Shown one piece after another: positions 23,155-34,782 of a stretch of DNA of 64,000 nt. A model generated the notes under the pieces. The model worked only from the letters and a program-made list of their open reading frames with translations. It was not told the origin of the DNA and did not search any database. The stretch's first letter is position 1. The number at the start of each line of letters is the position of its first letter. Made by a program: the position numbers and the translations under genes. Source of the stretch: an uncultured Methanosarcinaceae archaeon (lineage in GTDB: Archaea > Halobacteriota > Methanosarcinia > Methanosarcinales > Methanosarcinaceae); assembly GCA_963833425.1 (NCBI GenBank), contig CAWHXP010000014.1, positions 1-64,000 on the forward strand. Reading direction: 5' to 3'.

Positions 23155-24898
23155 ATGGCTCGGTTTATAGAGCTTGCAGAACTTTTTGAAGAGCTCGGGA
23201 AAATAACATCTCATAAAGAGATCATAAAGAAGATTGCTAATTTTTTTTCTGAGCTTGAAAGAAATGAAGTAAAATATATTTCATATTTTTTTCTTGGGAG
23301 CATAGGTCCTGCCTTTGAAAATACTACACTTGGAGTGGGAGATAAGCTTGCTTGTAAAGCTATTGCTGAGGCGTACGGAGCCCCAGAAGAGGAAGTTAAT
23401 AAAAGGTACTCAAGTAGAGGGGATCTTGGAGATGTTGCATTTGAATTGAACAAAGGAGAAGGCTTCTCCCTGACAATTGAAGATGTCTTGGTAAAGCTCA
23501 AAGGGTTAAAAAGAGTGTCAGGGGAAGGAAGTCAAGAAGAAAAAAATCAGGATTATTTCTGAGATCTTGCAGCAGGCCAACCCTAAAGAAGGGAAATATA
23601 TACTTCGAATCGTTCTTGGAAAACTTAGGCTGGGATTTGGAGATCAGTTTTTGCTCGAAGCATTTTCTATTGCCTTTTTCGGAGACAAAAAGTATCTAGG
23701 AAAAATCAAAGAAAGCTACAGCGTCTGCACTGATATTGGAGAACTTGCAGAAGCTTTTGCCGAATACGGCCCCAAGGCTCTTGGACATTTTTCCATAAAA
23801 TTGGGCAGACCTGTCAAGTTAATGCTCGCTCAACGAGTTGAAAATTTCGAAGAACTTGAAGAAAGAGCTCCAGGGAAAAAAGCGGCTGAAGAAAAATATG
23901 ATGGGGAAAGAGTACAGATCCATAAAAACGGAAACGATATCCAAGCCTTTTCTCGAAGACTTGAAAATATAACTTCTCAGTATCCTGATCTCATCGAAGC
24001 TATTAGAAAAAGTGTTTTTGTGAACAAAATTGTGCTTGATGGGGAAATAGTTGCATATATCGAGGGCAAAAAAAGAAATGAAAGAATAGAAGAATTATAT
24101 TCGTTCCAAAAACTTATGCAAAGGCGAAGAAAATATGAAATTGAAAAATACACGAAGCTATGCCCCGTAGCTGTCTTCTTTTTCGACATTCTTTACCTGG
24201 AAGGAAGAACTCTCCTGAAAAAATCCTACCCAACGAGAAGAACTCTTCTTGAAAAGTATGTAAAGGAATCAGGAGTAGTTCACCTAGCTAGAAGAATTGT
24301 CACTGGAAACCTTGAAGAAATCGAGGATTTTTTTAACGAAACCCTCGAAAAAAGACTTGAAGGAATTATAATTAAAGCTATGAATAATACCTCAATTTAC
24401 GAAGCCGGGAAAAGAAGCTGGCTCTGGCTCAAATGGAAAGAAGAATATGCAAAGGGAATAAGGGAAACCTTTGATCTAGTAATTGTTGGAAAATATTATG
24501 GTAGGGGGAGACGGAAGAGCTCGTTCGGAGCTCTCCTTTGCGCAGCCCTTAATGAAGAAAAACAGCGTTTTGAGACCTTTACAAAAGTAGGCACAGGTTT
24601 CACTGACGAGGACGCAAAAGAAATTGAAAGCTTGCTTTCAGAGTACATTGTACCTGAAATCCCAAAAAATGTCTTTACAAAGAGTAGAATGCTTCCAGAT
24701 ATCTTCATAGAACCAGCTGTGGTTATTGAAGTCCTAGGTACAGAAATTACAGAAAGTCCAGGACACACGGCAGGTGAGGAAAAAGGAAAAAAAGGGCTTG
24801 CACTGCGTTTTCCTCGCTTTTTACGTATAAGATACGATAAAGATCTACATGATGTCACGACAGTTAGAGAGATATGGAATTTGAAGGGAGGAATTTGA
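23155..24898 (+). pseudogene. lig: Second ATP-dependent DNA ligase, split by one frameshift in an A7 run at 23540-23546
   Basis: N-terminal DNA-binding part (GDLGDVA) plus EEKYDGERVQIH, LDGE, EGIIIK, WLKWK, LRFPRF; deleting one A gives continuous GSQEEKIRIISEILQQANP. Confidence 0.88.
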
Positions 24899-24984
24899 GG
24901 GTTTACCGGGGAACAAGAGAAAAGTAGTAAAAAATAGCAAAAATAGAAGGGGAAAATAAAGTAAGATGAGGAAGGGAAAAATTA

Positions 24985-26739
24985 TTGAAAAATCGTGAGA
25001 TTGCTGAGCTGCTTTCTAAAGCTGCTGACATTCTTGAATATCAGCAGGTTGAATGGAAACCGAGGGCTTACAGGAAAGCAGCTCAGATAATAGAAAACCT
25101 TGGTGAGGATATAGAAAAACTCTATGAAAGAAGAGGTAAAGACGGGCTGATTGAAATTCCAGGTGTCGGAGTATCTATTGCCGATCATATTGCTGAGTAC
25201 CTAGGAACTGGCAAGGTAGAAAAATTTAAAAAACTTGAAGAAAAAGCTCCTTCAGGAACTTCGGAATTGATGGAAATCTGGGGACTTGGTGCAAAAAGAT
25301 TGAAAAAACTTGCCGATACCCTCGGGATAAGGACTCTTTCAGATCTCAAAAATGCAATCCACGCTCACAAAATTAGGGAGCTCAAAGATTTTGGAGAAAA
25401 AAGCGAAAAAAATCTCTTAAAGGCAGTGGAACATTATGAGAAGAGTCACGATAGAACATCTATTGGAAATGTACTCCCACTTGCAGAAGAACTCGTTTCA
25501 AAAATAAAAGCCAAATGTGAGAGTAAGATCTGTGAAATGGACATCTCGAAAATAATCTACACAGGCTCCCTTCGCAGGTTAAAAGAAACAATTAGGGATA
25601 TCGATATCCTAGCTGAAGCAGAAAAAGAAGAAGCATTAAAGGTAATGGATGTTTTTGTCTCCCTTCCTGAAGTTGAACGAGTCATCTTAAGAGGTAGCAC
25701 AAAAAGCAGTGTGATTTTAAGAGGAGGAACGGCTGTTGACCTTAGGGTAGTCTCATCCGAAAGTTACGGAGCAGCTCTTCAGTATTTTACAGGTTCAAAG
25801 ATGCACAACATTGAACTTAGAAATATTGCCTTCAGGAAAGGTTACAAGCTTTCCGAATACGGTCTGTATTTAAAAGAGTTAGGAGAACAAATCGCAGGCA
25901 AAAGTGAAGAGGATATTTATAAAAAGCTGGGCCTTGCCTATATACCTCCCGAACTTAGGGAAAACAGGGGAGAAATCAAGGCCGCTGCAAAAAATACCCT
26001 ACCAAATCTTATAGAAGCTGGAGACCTCAGAGGAGATCTCCATATGCACACAAACTATAGCGAAGGTAGGGAGAGCCTTGAAACCATGATCGAAAAGGCG
26101 GTCTATTTTGGCTATGAATACGTCGCCATAACCGATCATTCCCGTTCTCAGAAAATTGCTAATGGAATGGGAATAGAAAAATTAAAAGACCAGTGGAAAG
26201 AAATCGGTAAACTCTCAAAACACTTCAAGATAAAAATTCTTAAGGGTTCTGAGATTGAGATCCTTAAAGATGGAAGCTTGGACTATCCAGACGAAATTCT
26301 CAAAGAACTTGATATTGTAGTAGGGGCAATACACTCCGGCTTTTCGACCCCTAAGAAAAAGATGACCGAAAGGATAATTACAGCTCTGGAAAACAGATAC
26401 CTTGACATCCTTGCTCATCCTTCTGGGAGGATCCTCGGGAAAAGGAAAGCTTATGACGTGGATTTCGAAAAAGTTTTTGATACAGCGGCCTCAAATGGAA
26501 AAGTAATGGAGATAAACAGTCAGCCTTCCAGGCTTGACCTTAACGATGAGCTTATTCTTCTAGCAAAGGATTTCGGCTTAAAGTTTTGCATTTCCACTGA
26601 CAGCCATTCTATTTTTGACCTTGCGTTCATACGTTATGGACTTGGACAGGCACGTAGGGGCTGGCTCGAAAAAAAGGATGTTGTGAATACGTATCCATAC
26701 TCAAACCTTAAGGACGTTTTCAAAAAAATCAAGCTTTGA
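24985..26739 (+). CDS. polX: DNA polymerase X with PHP domain
   Basis: AYRKAA, IPGVG, GSLRR..ETIRDIDIL, VDLR, YFTGSK.HN, PHP motifs DLHMHT, TDHS, EIN, TDSH. Confidence 0.95.
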   Translation: MKNREIAELLSKAADILEYQQVEWKPRAYRKAAQIIENLGEDIEKLYERRGKDGLIEIPGVGVSIADHIAEYLGTGKVEKFKKLEEKAPSGTSELMEIWGLGAKRLKKLADTLGIRTLSDLKNAIHAHKIRELKDFGEKSEKNLLKAVEHYEKSHDRTSIGNVLPLAEELVSKIKAKCESKICEMDISKIIYTGSLRRLKETIRDIDILAEAEKEEALKVMDVFVSLPEVERVILRGSTKSSVILRGGTAVDLRVVSSESYGAALQYFTGSKMHNIELRNIAFRKGYKLSEYGLYLKELGEQIAGKSEEDIYKKLGLAYIPPELRENRGEIKAAAKNTLPNLIEAGDLRGDLHMHTNYSEGRESLETMIEKAVYFGYEYVAITDHSRSQKIANGMGIEKLKDQWKEIGKLSKHFKIKILKGSEIEILKDGSLDYPDEILKELDIVVGAIHSGFSTPKKKMTERIITALENRYLDILAHPSGRILGKRKAYDVDFEKVFDTAASNGKVMEINSQPSRLDLNDELILLAKDFGLKFCISTDSHSIFDLAFIRYGLGQARRGWLEKKDVVNTYPYSNLKDVFKKIKL

Positions 26740-26753
26740 CCAGATTCCTATTA

Positions 26754-26869
26754 AGGACTTACGCAATTAAATTATAATATCAAGCTCAATAAATATTGTG
26801 GTCAAATTTGCTTTTTAGACAGTAGAAGATTTGATGTTGTTTATTTCTCCGTTAAACTGCGTAAATCCT
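26754..26869 (+). mobile_element. MITE family C (~117 bp), copy 1
   Basis: IRs AGGACTTACGCAATTAAA / TTAAACTGCGTAAATCCT. Confidence 0.7.
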
Positions 26870-26909
26870 TTCACTTTACATAAGAGAGCAAAAAAGTGCG
26901 ATGGAAACA

Positions 26910-27275
26910 TCACACATCGGAGAAGTCATCTTTGAGCTGGCTACACTGTCTCTCACTTATCATTCCACAATTTAAAAGACTCAACGATTCAAATATACCT
27001 TCACCTACACTTATTCCTTCTATAGCGCATTTCTTCATCAAACGATCGTAAAGGGCATTATTTTCACTTTTAATAAAGTCGCACATTTCAGAAATAAATT
27101 CGTCTGTTATAAGTTGCTCTTTTTTGTTTACCCAACTATCAATCGACTCGATCAGATATTGACGCATAGATTTATTCTTTCCAAGCTCCATAAGATTCGT
27201 GAAAGCACATTCGTCTATACTTAGAACCCACTTACCAAGTTTATACTTAAACATATCTCCACTATCGTCTTCCAA
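26910..27275 (-). CDS. Hypothetical protein, paralog of 17208-17576
   Basis: TTG start after GAGGAG; shares KLGKWVL, QYLI.SID.WVNKKE, EMC.FIKS, KCA..GISVG.GIFE with the paralog. Confidence 0.75.
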   Translation of the reverse strand: MEDDSGDMFKYKLGKWVLSIDECAFTNLMELGKNKSMRQYLIESIDSWVNKKEQLITDEFISEMCDFIKSENNALYDRLMKKCAIEGISVGEGIFESLSLLNCGMISERQCSQLKDDFSDV

Positions 27276-27340
27276 AAATATCTCTCCTCAATAATTAAAT
27301 TCTCATAATAATTAAAGGCTTCATGATATTTAACTCATAT

Positions 27341-27459
27341 AGGGCTTAAGCGGTATAGGTATATAATCGAGTACAATGCCCATTATGATTAAAGTTTTAT
27401 TTTTTGGGTAGTTAAATGTTTAGTACTTAATGTTTTCTCTGTTCAATTGCGTAAGTATA
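27341..27459 (+). mobile_element. MITE family C, copy 2 (degenerate)
   Basis: AGGGCTTAAGCGGT...TTCTCTGTTCAATTGCGTAAGTAT; interior alignable by eye to 26754-26869. Confidence 0.6.
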
Positions 27460-29512
27460 AGGAATCGATCCCCAAATCAAAAATGGTTAAACTATCTGGT
27501 TAAAAAATTGCTTATTCTCAGTTAATCTTTCAATTTCTCAAATATTGTTGGATTATTTTACATTAAAGATATTTTAAAAGCATCTTGTGGTCTAGAGCTA
27601 CTTTTATATATAAAAGGTAGCTGTCATTTCTCTCTGTCATTCTTGGGAAATCTTAAAAGTCTTACATCCATAATGATTTAGAGAAATGCATAGATCTTTT
27701 GTATAAAATCTATGCATCAATGAAAACAACAGAAATAGAAGCTTGTCAGTAAAAACTATTGGCTTTACATCCTACTTCTTGCAGTGAGATAAAAAGATGA
27801 AGAGACATTCAGATTTCACAAAACTTTAACTGTACTATTTAAAGAAACATACTAAAGTTCATTGTGAAATTTGTGGTGTAATCGAATAGATGTCAACAAC
27901 TAAATTTTGGTAGTTTGAATAGTTACCAAAAACAAATTCCATTGAAAATATTATTTTAGCCATTAGGGGGGCGAAATAAATGTTGAAGCAATCATTTATT
28001 ATAATAACAACGGTGTTGGCTAGTTTGCTGGCAGTTATTTGTGTAGTATCTTTGACAGTTACATACGCAAATGAGAACATGTTGTGGTTTAAGAAAAATG
28101 GATACAAACAACCGCAAAAATATGGATATTGGTAGCGGAACTGATAAAGGTATCCCGTGGGTAGCGAAACTGGAGATGCACATATTTTGTTTTGAAACCT
28201 ATGCATTTTCTCAGTTTCATCCAAAATTATGGATATTTTTTTACATGAATTTTGAGAAAAATACATAGCTTTTGATTAAATTACTCAAAATGTATTAAAT
28301 GACATATCTCATTGTATACATGAATTAAGTGCGTCTGAAGACGAGCATGGGACTTACACGATTGAGGGTGAAAATCAAGTTCATATAGCCTCCTCAAAAT
28401 TATTAAATTTCGATAATTGAGTATATGCTGTGTTTTTCAGTTTTCGATGAAGTTATGCATAATTTAGATCTATTTTATCATTTAACTGTCAAACTCGTGA
28501 GTTATTGCTTATCGCTGTTTTTTTGCTTATCTACTGTTTTACTGGGAAAAACAATGGTGTGGCAGCAAATTTTGTAACCAAACAGAAAGCGATTAACAAT
28601 CCCTAGCGATACGCTATAGAGGCCGCCAATTAATGCGCTCTCCAGATATCAGAAAATTCTAATGCTCATTGAAGAGATCAGCTGCTGAAGCACGTCGTTT
28701 AACTGGCATCATTAAGGCTACTGCTACAGTAATAATCGACTAGTGGACACCCATGCCAGATCCCATAGTGAAAGGGTTAATTTTTCTTATTATTAGTTTG
28801 AAACAAGCTTTTAAAGCTTTTAAATCGTTCTTATGTTTCTGATTCGCGATTTTTAATTATGGATTTCGACTTTTCATTTATTGATTCTTTAAAAGAGAAT
28901 GATTATAAGGGAATTAGGCTTCTCACGCGTATCTTTGTGATTTTGCAGAAAAATTAGTACAATATCATAAATTATGTCTATGTATCACAGTAAAATGAAG
29001 CAAAAAACGAAAAATATTTTTAAAGACATTCTGTTTTAGATCTTGTATTTCTACAGCGAATTGTATAACTTTATTAGAGCCATCCTAAAACTCAAAAGCA
29101 TTTATAATCGTTTATTTTATAAAAATTATCATTATTCAAGTTTTTTCCAAAATACAATATTGATACCCTTTATTATGAATTAATGAATTGTCGGTGTAAT
29201 TAAATAAAAATCTAGTCTTTTAATGCACAGACGTGACTGATTCAAATTGCTTCTTAAAAAATTATAACTGTTTGTATAAAAATAGTCTCATTAGCTATTA
29301 GGGATACTAGAATAAATAAATGTTATAAGCTTTGAACTAATTAAAGATTTAAATTTGATATGTATCCATTAATAGACATATCTGAATATAATAATTAATA
29401 TCAGAATGAAACAATATTGATAAATTTTATTAGATTGAAGTCCTTTTCTTAACGTACACTTGTAAAATATGATGATCTAGAAATTTATAATTTATGGAGT
29501 TTTTGATGATCT

Positions 29513-31129
29513 ATGATTTTCACGAATTATTTATCTAATATTTATTTGCATATAATTAGACTTTGGAGTTTATTGAATTTCTCTATGTATGTTCATTTGG
29601 TATTTTATTTGCTATTGTTCACTACTTATTGTTTTATCGCTTATGGATTAGGCGATATATTTTTTACTTACATATTTATAAATTTTAGAAAAAATATTCC
29701 AAATAGATTGTATTTAATAAGTACATTTATATTGGGTTTTTATTTTATGGGGATTATATATTTCGTCTCGAATTTATCAATATTTAAAAATCTAATAAAT
29801 GGTTTCATAGGTAATTATCTTCCTATAATTGTGATTAGTGCTTTATTTACTATATCTATACTACATTTATCGAAACATCATCTAATTAAATATAGTATTT
29901 CTAAAATAAATCGTACTGACATAATGATGATCTTAATTGGATTTATTTTTTCATTATTTATAGTATTTAATTATAATGGAGTCGCTAATTATGGCAGATA
30001 TTTCGATAAACGCGTACACTTAGATGTTTTTTCAAACACGTTTTTGGTTGCGGGGGGTTTCCCTATAGGACCTCTCTATAATATTGGAATGCAGTGTGCT
30101 CTATTGGTTCCAACTGTTTATCTGCCTTCCAATATACATAATATTATCTACTCCTCATTATTCTTCGGATTCATTATGATGATCGCAATAATTTACTTGC
30201 CTTATATTTTCTCCAAACAAATATTAGGCTTGAACTTCTATTTCAGTTTATTATCTTCTATTATGGTCGTCCTCTTCGGGGTGATTAGCCTGCCATTGAC
30301 AAATAAGTATCTGGGTTTTATCGTTGTTTCAACCTCGATTTACCATAACGATACCCAATTATTTGCTTTTCCGGTATTCATTTTTTCAATATTTTTATTA
30401 TACATTTATCACATAAATAATAAAAATACTAGTACTAACACCACGATCGTTGATAATAATAATTATTTAACATTATCCATAATTTTCTTATCAATTTCAT
30501 ATTTTTTGAAGCCTTTGGGATACGTTGCATTGGCACCAATCCTGATCCTAATAATAACATTAGGAATTATCTCTAAAAGGAGAATTACTTATAGAAATAT
30601 CATTGATTTGTTTATTTTGTTTTTACCAATAATCACGACATTTGTTTATAACTTAATTTTCAAGTATGATTCTCTAGGTATAGATTTTGCTATTAGTCCA
30701 CTTGGATTTTTATACTTATATTATTATAATAAATATTATTCCCCAATTAATGATGATAGTAAAATTTTAACATTGGGATCAATAATAGTTGTTTCATTGA
30801 TAGGTTTTATCCTACCTTTAATATGTGGTTTATTTTCAAAATATGTTGGTAGCAGGAATAAAGTGTTCATTTATCTATATATGGTACCTGCTCTAATTAT
30901 CTCTTTATTAATGGCTTTTTTCTTCATAGAGCCCGGAAGTTCTTTATATGACTTTAACTATGATTGGGGAGTCTCTCTTATAAGTTGTTCCATGATGCCT
31001 TTTATTGTACTAATTATATCCAAAATAAAAAATCAATTATTAAAATACTCCTGTTTGACGATCATCTTCTGTCATTTGTTAGGTGGAGCTTATCACATGA
31101 TATATATTACTTCTACAGGCAAATATTAA
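29513..31129 (+). CDS. Polytopic membrane protein, possible GT-C-fold glycosyltransferase
   Basis: Long ORF with many hydrophobic segments, D..H in an early loop, ...LKP motif; next to a glycan cluster; very AT-rich. Function is inferred. Confidence 0.6.
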   Translation: MIFTNYLSNIYLHIIRLWSLLNFSMYVHLVFYLLLFTTYCFIAYGLGDIFFTYIFINFRKNIPNRLYLISTFILGFYFMGIIYFVSNLSIFKNLINGFIGNYLPIIVISALFTISILHLSKHHLIKYSISKINRTDIMMILIGFIFSLFIVFNYNGVANYGRYFDKRVHLDVFSNTFLVAGGFPIGPLYNIGMQCALLVPTVYLPSNIHNIIYSSLFFGFIMMIAIIYLPYIFSKQILGLNFYFSLLSSIMVVLFGVISLPLTNKYLGFIVVSTSIYHNDTQLFAFPVFIFSIFLLYIYHINNKNTSTNTTIVDNNNYLTLSIIFLSISYFLKPLGYVALAPILILIITLGIISKRRITYRNIIDLFILFLPIITTFVYNLIFKYDSLGIDFAISPLGFLYLYYYNKYYSPINDDSKILTLGSIIVVSLIGFILPLICGLFSKYVGSRNKVFIYLYMVPALIISLLMAFFFIEPGSSLYDFNYDWGVSLISCSMMPFIVLIISKIKNQLLKYSCLTIIFCHLLGGAYHMIYITSTGKY

Positions 31130-32364
31130 CGAATTCATTTCTATTTCATCGATTCTAATATGTGTCAAAAATAATTTTTCGCTTTTCCTTTCTGACTTTT
31201 CGATGATCTAACAGCCTAATAACAAAATAAAAAGGTATACATGCTCGACAAGAAATTATTTTAAACTTATTGGTTTTTATCTTGGCGTGTATTCTGGTAG
31301 GATCCACTACAACATTGGCAAATTATACACACAATAAATCAAGTTTAAATAATTCTTTTACACGGGAACAATTAACCTAACAATTGAGAATCCTTATACA
31401 ACAACTTTCAACTTTTCTAACGGCATAAATCCAGGAAACAATCGCAATGAAGTCCAAATATGAGCTGATGATTTCCATCATTGGAATCAAAAAATATTTG
31501 AGCCCATATGCTTTTGCACACAAGATTTTCTATAAAAAGGTTTTAAAAAATGACGATTCTAATTTCATGAATTCATTAATATATAATAACGATAATATGT
31601 AGACACGGATGTGGACCACTGCTCGTCAAGAAACGATTTTAAGTTGCACGTTTTCGTTGTAGTTGAAGTTATAACAGAAACTTCACGACATTAGCACGCT
31701 TCAAGGATAAGAAATCAAATCTCAGTGATAGTTCCAATGAAAGAACACTTCATTATCGTTGACTAGCACTCCTTCTAAAAATAATGCCGAATCTCCCTTT
31801 GATATACAGTCAGAAAATTTTGATAAATACTTCCAATAATGAAAAATGCTGTAATTTTTGATGGGCAAGGATCGTAGGTAATCATAAACGTTGGTTTCCC
31901 ATGGAAAACTAGGCATTTATTAAAAATCTAACAAGCGGTGGTTCAGAAGATTCTGAGGGGCATTAAAGATCACAATATGGACTAACAAAAATAAAAATGG
32001 AGTTGTTGATCGCGGTACCGATCTCTCACTTAAATCTGAAGGAACCGCCATTAAGGGGGACAATAATAGCAACATGTACTTCGACACAATAAATACTTAT
32101 ACAATAAAAACTGGAGTGCAGTTTCAGGAAATATGAGTGCTGACGACGAATATAAAGCCGTCATTCATGAGAACTTCCGATTGTAGTTGGTAACGCGCCT
32201 AACGTAATTTATATGTTTCTGGGATAAGATATTTGATTTGATATTTATGACACTTTTAAAGAGTTGAAAGCCCAATAAATTTTGGCCAATTTTCAATATA
32301 AATAAGAAACAGAATTCATAACAGGAGATCCTATACTTCATAAACTGAAACTTTTCAAAAGTTT

Positions 32365-32640
32365 TGACAAAAATGACGAAATTTTAATAGCGAATAGTAT
32401 CTCAATATTTAATTATCTAACAGAAATAAACTGTCATTTGGAAATTCATGGATTGATTTGGTGTCTTTTGACGAAATAAAAGAAGAAGATAGAGAATTAG
32501 AAGAAAAAAGAACTACCAAAGCATTTATTTATAGTAATGATAATGGATCTAATTATACGCGGCAAACGAAGGAATCAACGATATTGAAGCTAATATCGAG
32601 ATTAGATACTCAAAGACTCGATATGTTAATAGCTTAAAAT
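32365..32640 (+). pseudogene. Remnant of a paralog of the 39972-41774 gene (3' part)
   Basis: GACGAAATTTTAATAGCGAATA...CATTTGGAAATTCATGGATTGATTTG...GACGAAATAAAAGAA...AAAAGAACTACCAAAGC nearly identical to ~41450-41620. Confidence 0.8.
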
Positions 32641-33146
32641 AAATATTTTGTGAGAAAATAAAGACTTTAAGATATACATTCATTCTTCAATGTCAAATAT
32701 ATAGATAGCTTGTCTCAAAACTGTTAAGAATGATGTGCTTGAAGTACAAAACAAACAACCTTATCCCACATTAGGCAGGTCGACATTAAATTTTTAGAAT
32801 TTTTACAATATCTGCTAACTAATATGGCTCCTTTGATATCTTTTTTGAAATAATCTGCAATTACTGCAAGTGATTGTTGGATTTACTCTGACATTTTCAG
32901 ATTAACTTTCTTTCTCTCGAGTGTGCTTCCTTTTATATTCAATCTCACTCAAATCTTAAAACCTTCATTTGGCAAGTTTACACAATCACGGGTATATATT
33001 TTCATACTTATTCACGTGAGACTCAATATTCCAATATTTTCTTTGGTTTTCCGTTATTTTTAGTGGATAACCATTTTTAATAATTGTTCTCCCAATTATA
33101 TAGATTTTTTATTAATAAAAGCTAAATTTTTAAAATTAATTTCTTG

Positions 33147-33488
33147 TTACATGTTAAATATAGTAACTCCAAATACAATTAATCCAATACCAATAACTTG
33201 TTCTCTACTAACAGGTTCCTTAAGCACAAAATAAGAAAAAATCGTTACTATAAATAAATTAAGTGATGTTAATGAATAAAAAACTTTAAGAGGAATCTCT
33301 CGAAGAGCATACACAGAAAATAGTGTGACCACAACAAACAACCCATAAGCTATGATTACGTGTCTATTTAGATAAGTACCCACAAATTGGTTCTTCCGCT
33401 CTCCTTTTTTTGCTCCAATTTTTAACAATGTTTGACTAACCCCTGTCAAAAAAATCGAACCTAATGCAAAAATCCACGAGATGATCAT
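33147..33488 (-). CDS. Small EamA/SMR transporter (ArnE/ArnF-like flippase subunit)
   Basis: 113 aa, four TM; SQTLLKIG...ALREIPLKVFYSL...LKEPVS..Q.IG. Confidence 0.8.
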   Translation of the reverse strand: MIISWIFALGSIFLTGVSQTLLKIGAKKGERKNQFVGTYLNRHVIIAYGLFVVVTLFSVYALREIPLKVFYSLTSLNLFIVTIFSYFVLKEPVSREQVIGIGLIVFGVTIFNM

Positions 33489-33847
33489 ATATAATCACCG
33501 GATTTACTTGCAAGTATCGTAATCCCACTGGATATTAAGATTAACCCGAATATATTATTGATACTGATACCTTCTTTAAAAAGAAAGTATGATGGAATGA
33601 GTACAACAAAATTTACCAGGCTCATGAATGGATAAGCGAATGAAAGTCGATAGTGCATCAGTGCCTGCTGCCAGAAAATCGCCTGAAGAATGAGACATGT
33701 AATTGAGAGAAGATAGAATATATTAGTTAAGACATTTAGAAAATTCAAACCCTCAATAGCCATAGCAGCGTATTTTCCAAAGATGCTTCCAGTTGATTGA
33801 AGCAAGATACATAGGATAATAAATATGAAATTAAAATTTGATTTCAT
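33485..33847 (-). CDS. Small EamA/SMR transporter (ArnE/ArnF-like flippase subunit)
   Basis: 120 aa, four TM; W..AL....LSFAYPFMSL...LFKEGIS..N..G. Confidence 0.82.
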   Translation of the reverse strand: MKSNFNFIFIILCILLQSTGSIFGKYAAMAIEGLNFLNVLTNIFYLLSITCLILQAIFWQQALMHYRLSFAYPFMSLVNFVVLIPSYFLFKEGISINNIFGLILISSGITILASKSGDYI

Positions 33848-34782
33848 ACATACATCTCACTGATTACATAAGGTTGAACGCAAGTTATTTCTGTCAATAT
33901 GCGGTGGAGATATTCTCCAATTATGCCGATGAATATGAGGATACATCCACTGAGGAAAGTAGTAGCTACCATTAAGGAGTTCCATCCCACGAGACCATAT
34001 GCAGGGTCTAGTATGGACCTTATTACAATACTTGTGCCATAAGAAATGCTTAGAATACTGATAAAAATACCTGAAATGCCTGCTAATTGAAGAGGAAGGG
34101 ACGAATGATTGATGAATAAATCCAAGCCTATACGAATATATCTGAAAAAGTTATAATTTGACCTTCCGATATTTCTTTTATTGTGTATAACACTTACATT
34201 TGTAATTTTATTCGTTGGAGCATTTTTAATAATTAATGCTTCAATCAGAGGATATGCTGTTTTTACGGTTATAATATTTTTTACTACATCAGATTTACAG
34301 ATCACGAAATTTGATAGATAAATATCTCTTGGGATATCTAGTATCAAATGCATGAATTTTTTAAATAAATAACTAAAAATATTTTCAATCTTATTATGAT
34401 TTTTAATTATATATTCTCCATAAACTACCCAATATCCTTCGTGAATTTTTTTGACCAGTCTTGGAATTTCTTCAGGTGGATTCTGCAGATCATCATCCAT
34501 TATTATTATGTAGTCTCCTTTACAATGATTCAACCCGCATAATACCGTGCTATTTTGACCGCAGTTTTTTGCTAAATGTATAATTTTTATTTTCTCCCGT
34601 TTTCTAAAAATTTCTATTAATTTATTCCAACTGTCATCCGCGCTACAATCGTCTATAAAAATAATTTCATAATTATCTGTTATATCATTAAATGTATCTG
34701 CTATTCGCTGATATAACTCATCCAGAGTAAACTCACTATTATATACAGGGATTACAATTGAATATTCAACCTGATTTTCCAT
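33844..34782 (-). CDS. GT2 polyprenyl-phosphate glycosyltransferase (ArnC/GtrB-like)
   Basis: SIVIPVYN, DDCSAD, NCGQ, MDDDLQNPPEEIP, two C-terminal TM helices ending GIIGEYL; start at MENQ. Confidence 0.9.
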   Translation of the reverse strand: MENQVEYSIVIPVYNSEFTLDELYQRIADTFNDITDNYEIIFIDDCSADDSWNKLIEIFRKREKIKIIHLAKNCGQNSTVLCGLNHCKGDYIIIMDDDLQNPPEEIPRLVKKIHEGYWVVYGEYIIKNHNKIENIFSYLFKKFMHLILDIPRDIYLSNFVICKSDVVKNIITVKTAYPLIEALIIKNAPTNKITNVSVIHNKRNIGRSNYNFFRYIRIGLDLFINHSSLPLQLAGISGIFISILSISYGTSIVIRSILDPAYGLVGWNSLMVATTFLSGCILIFIGIIGEYLHRILTEITCVQPYVISEMYV

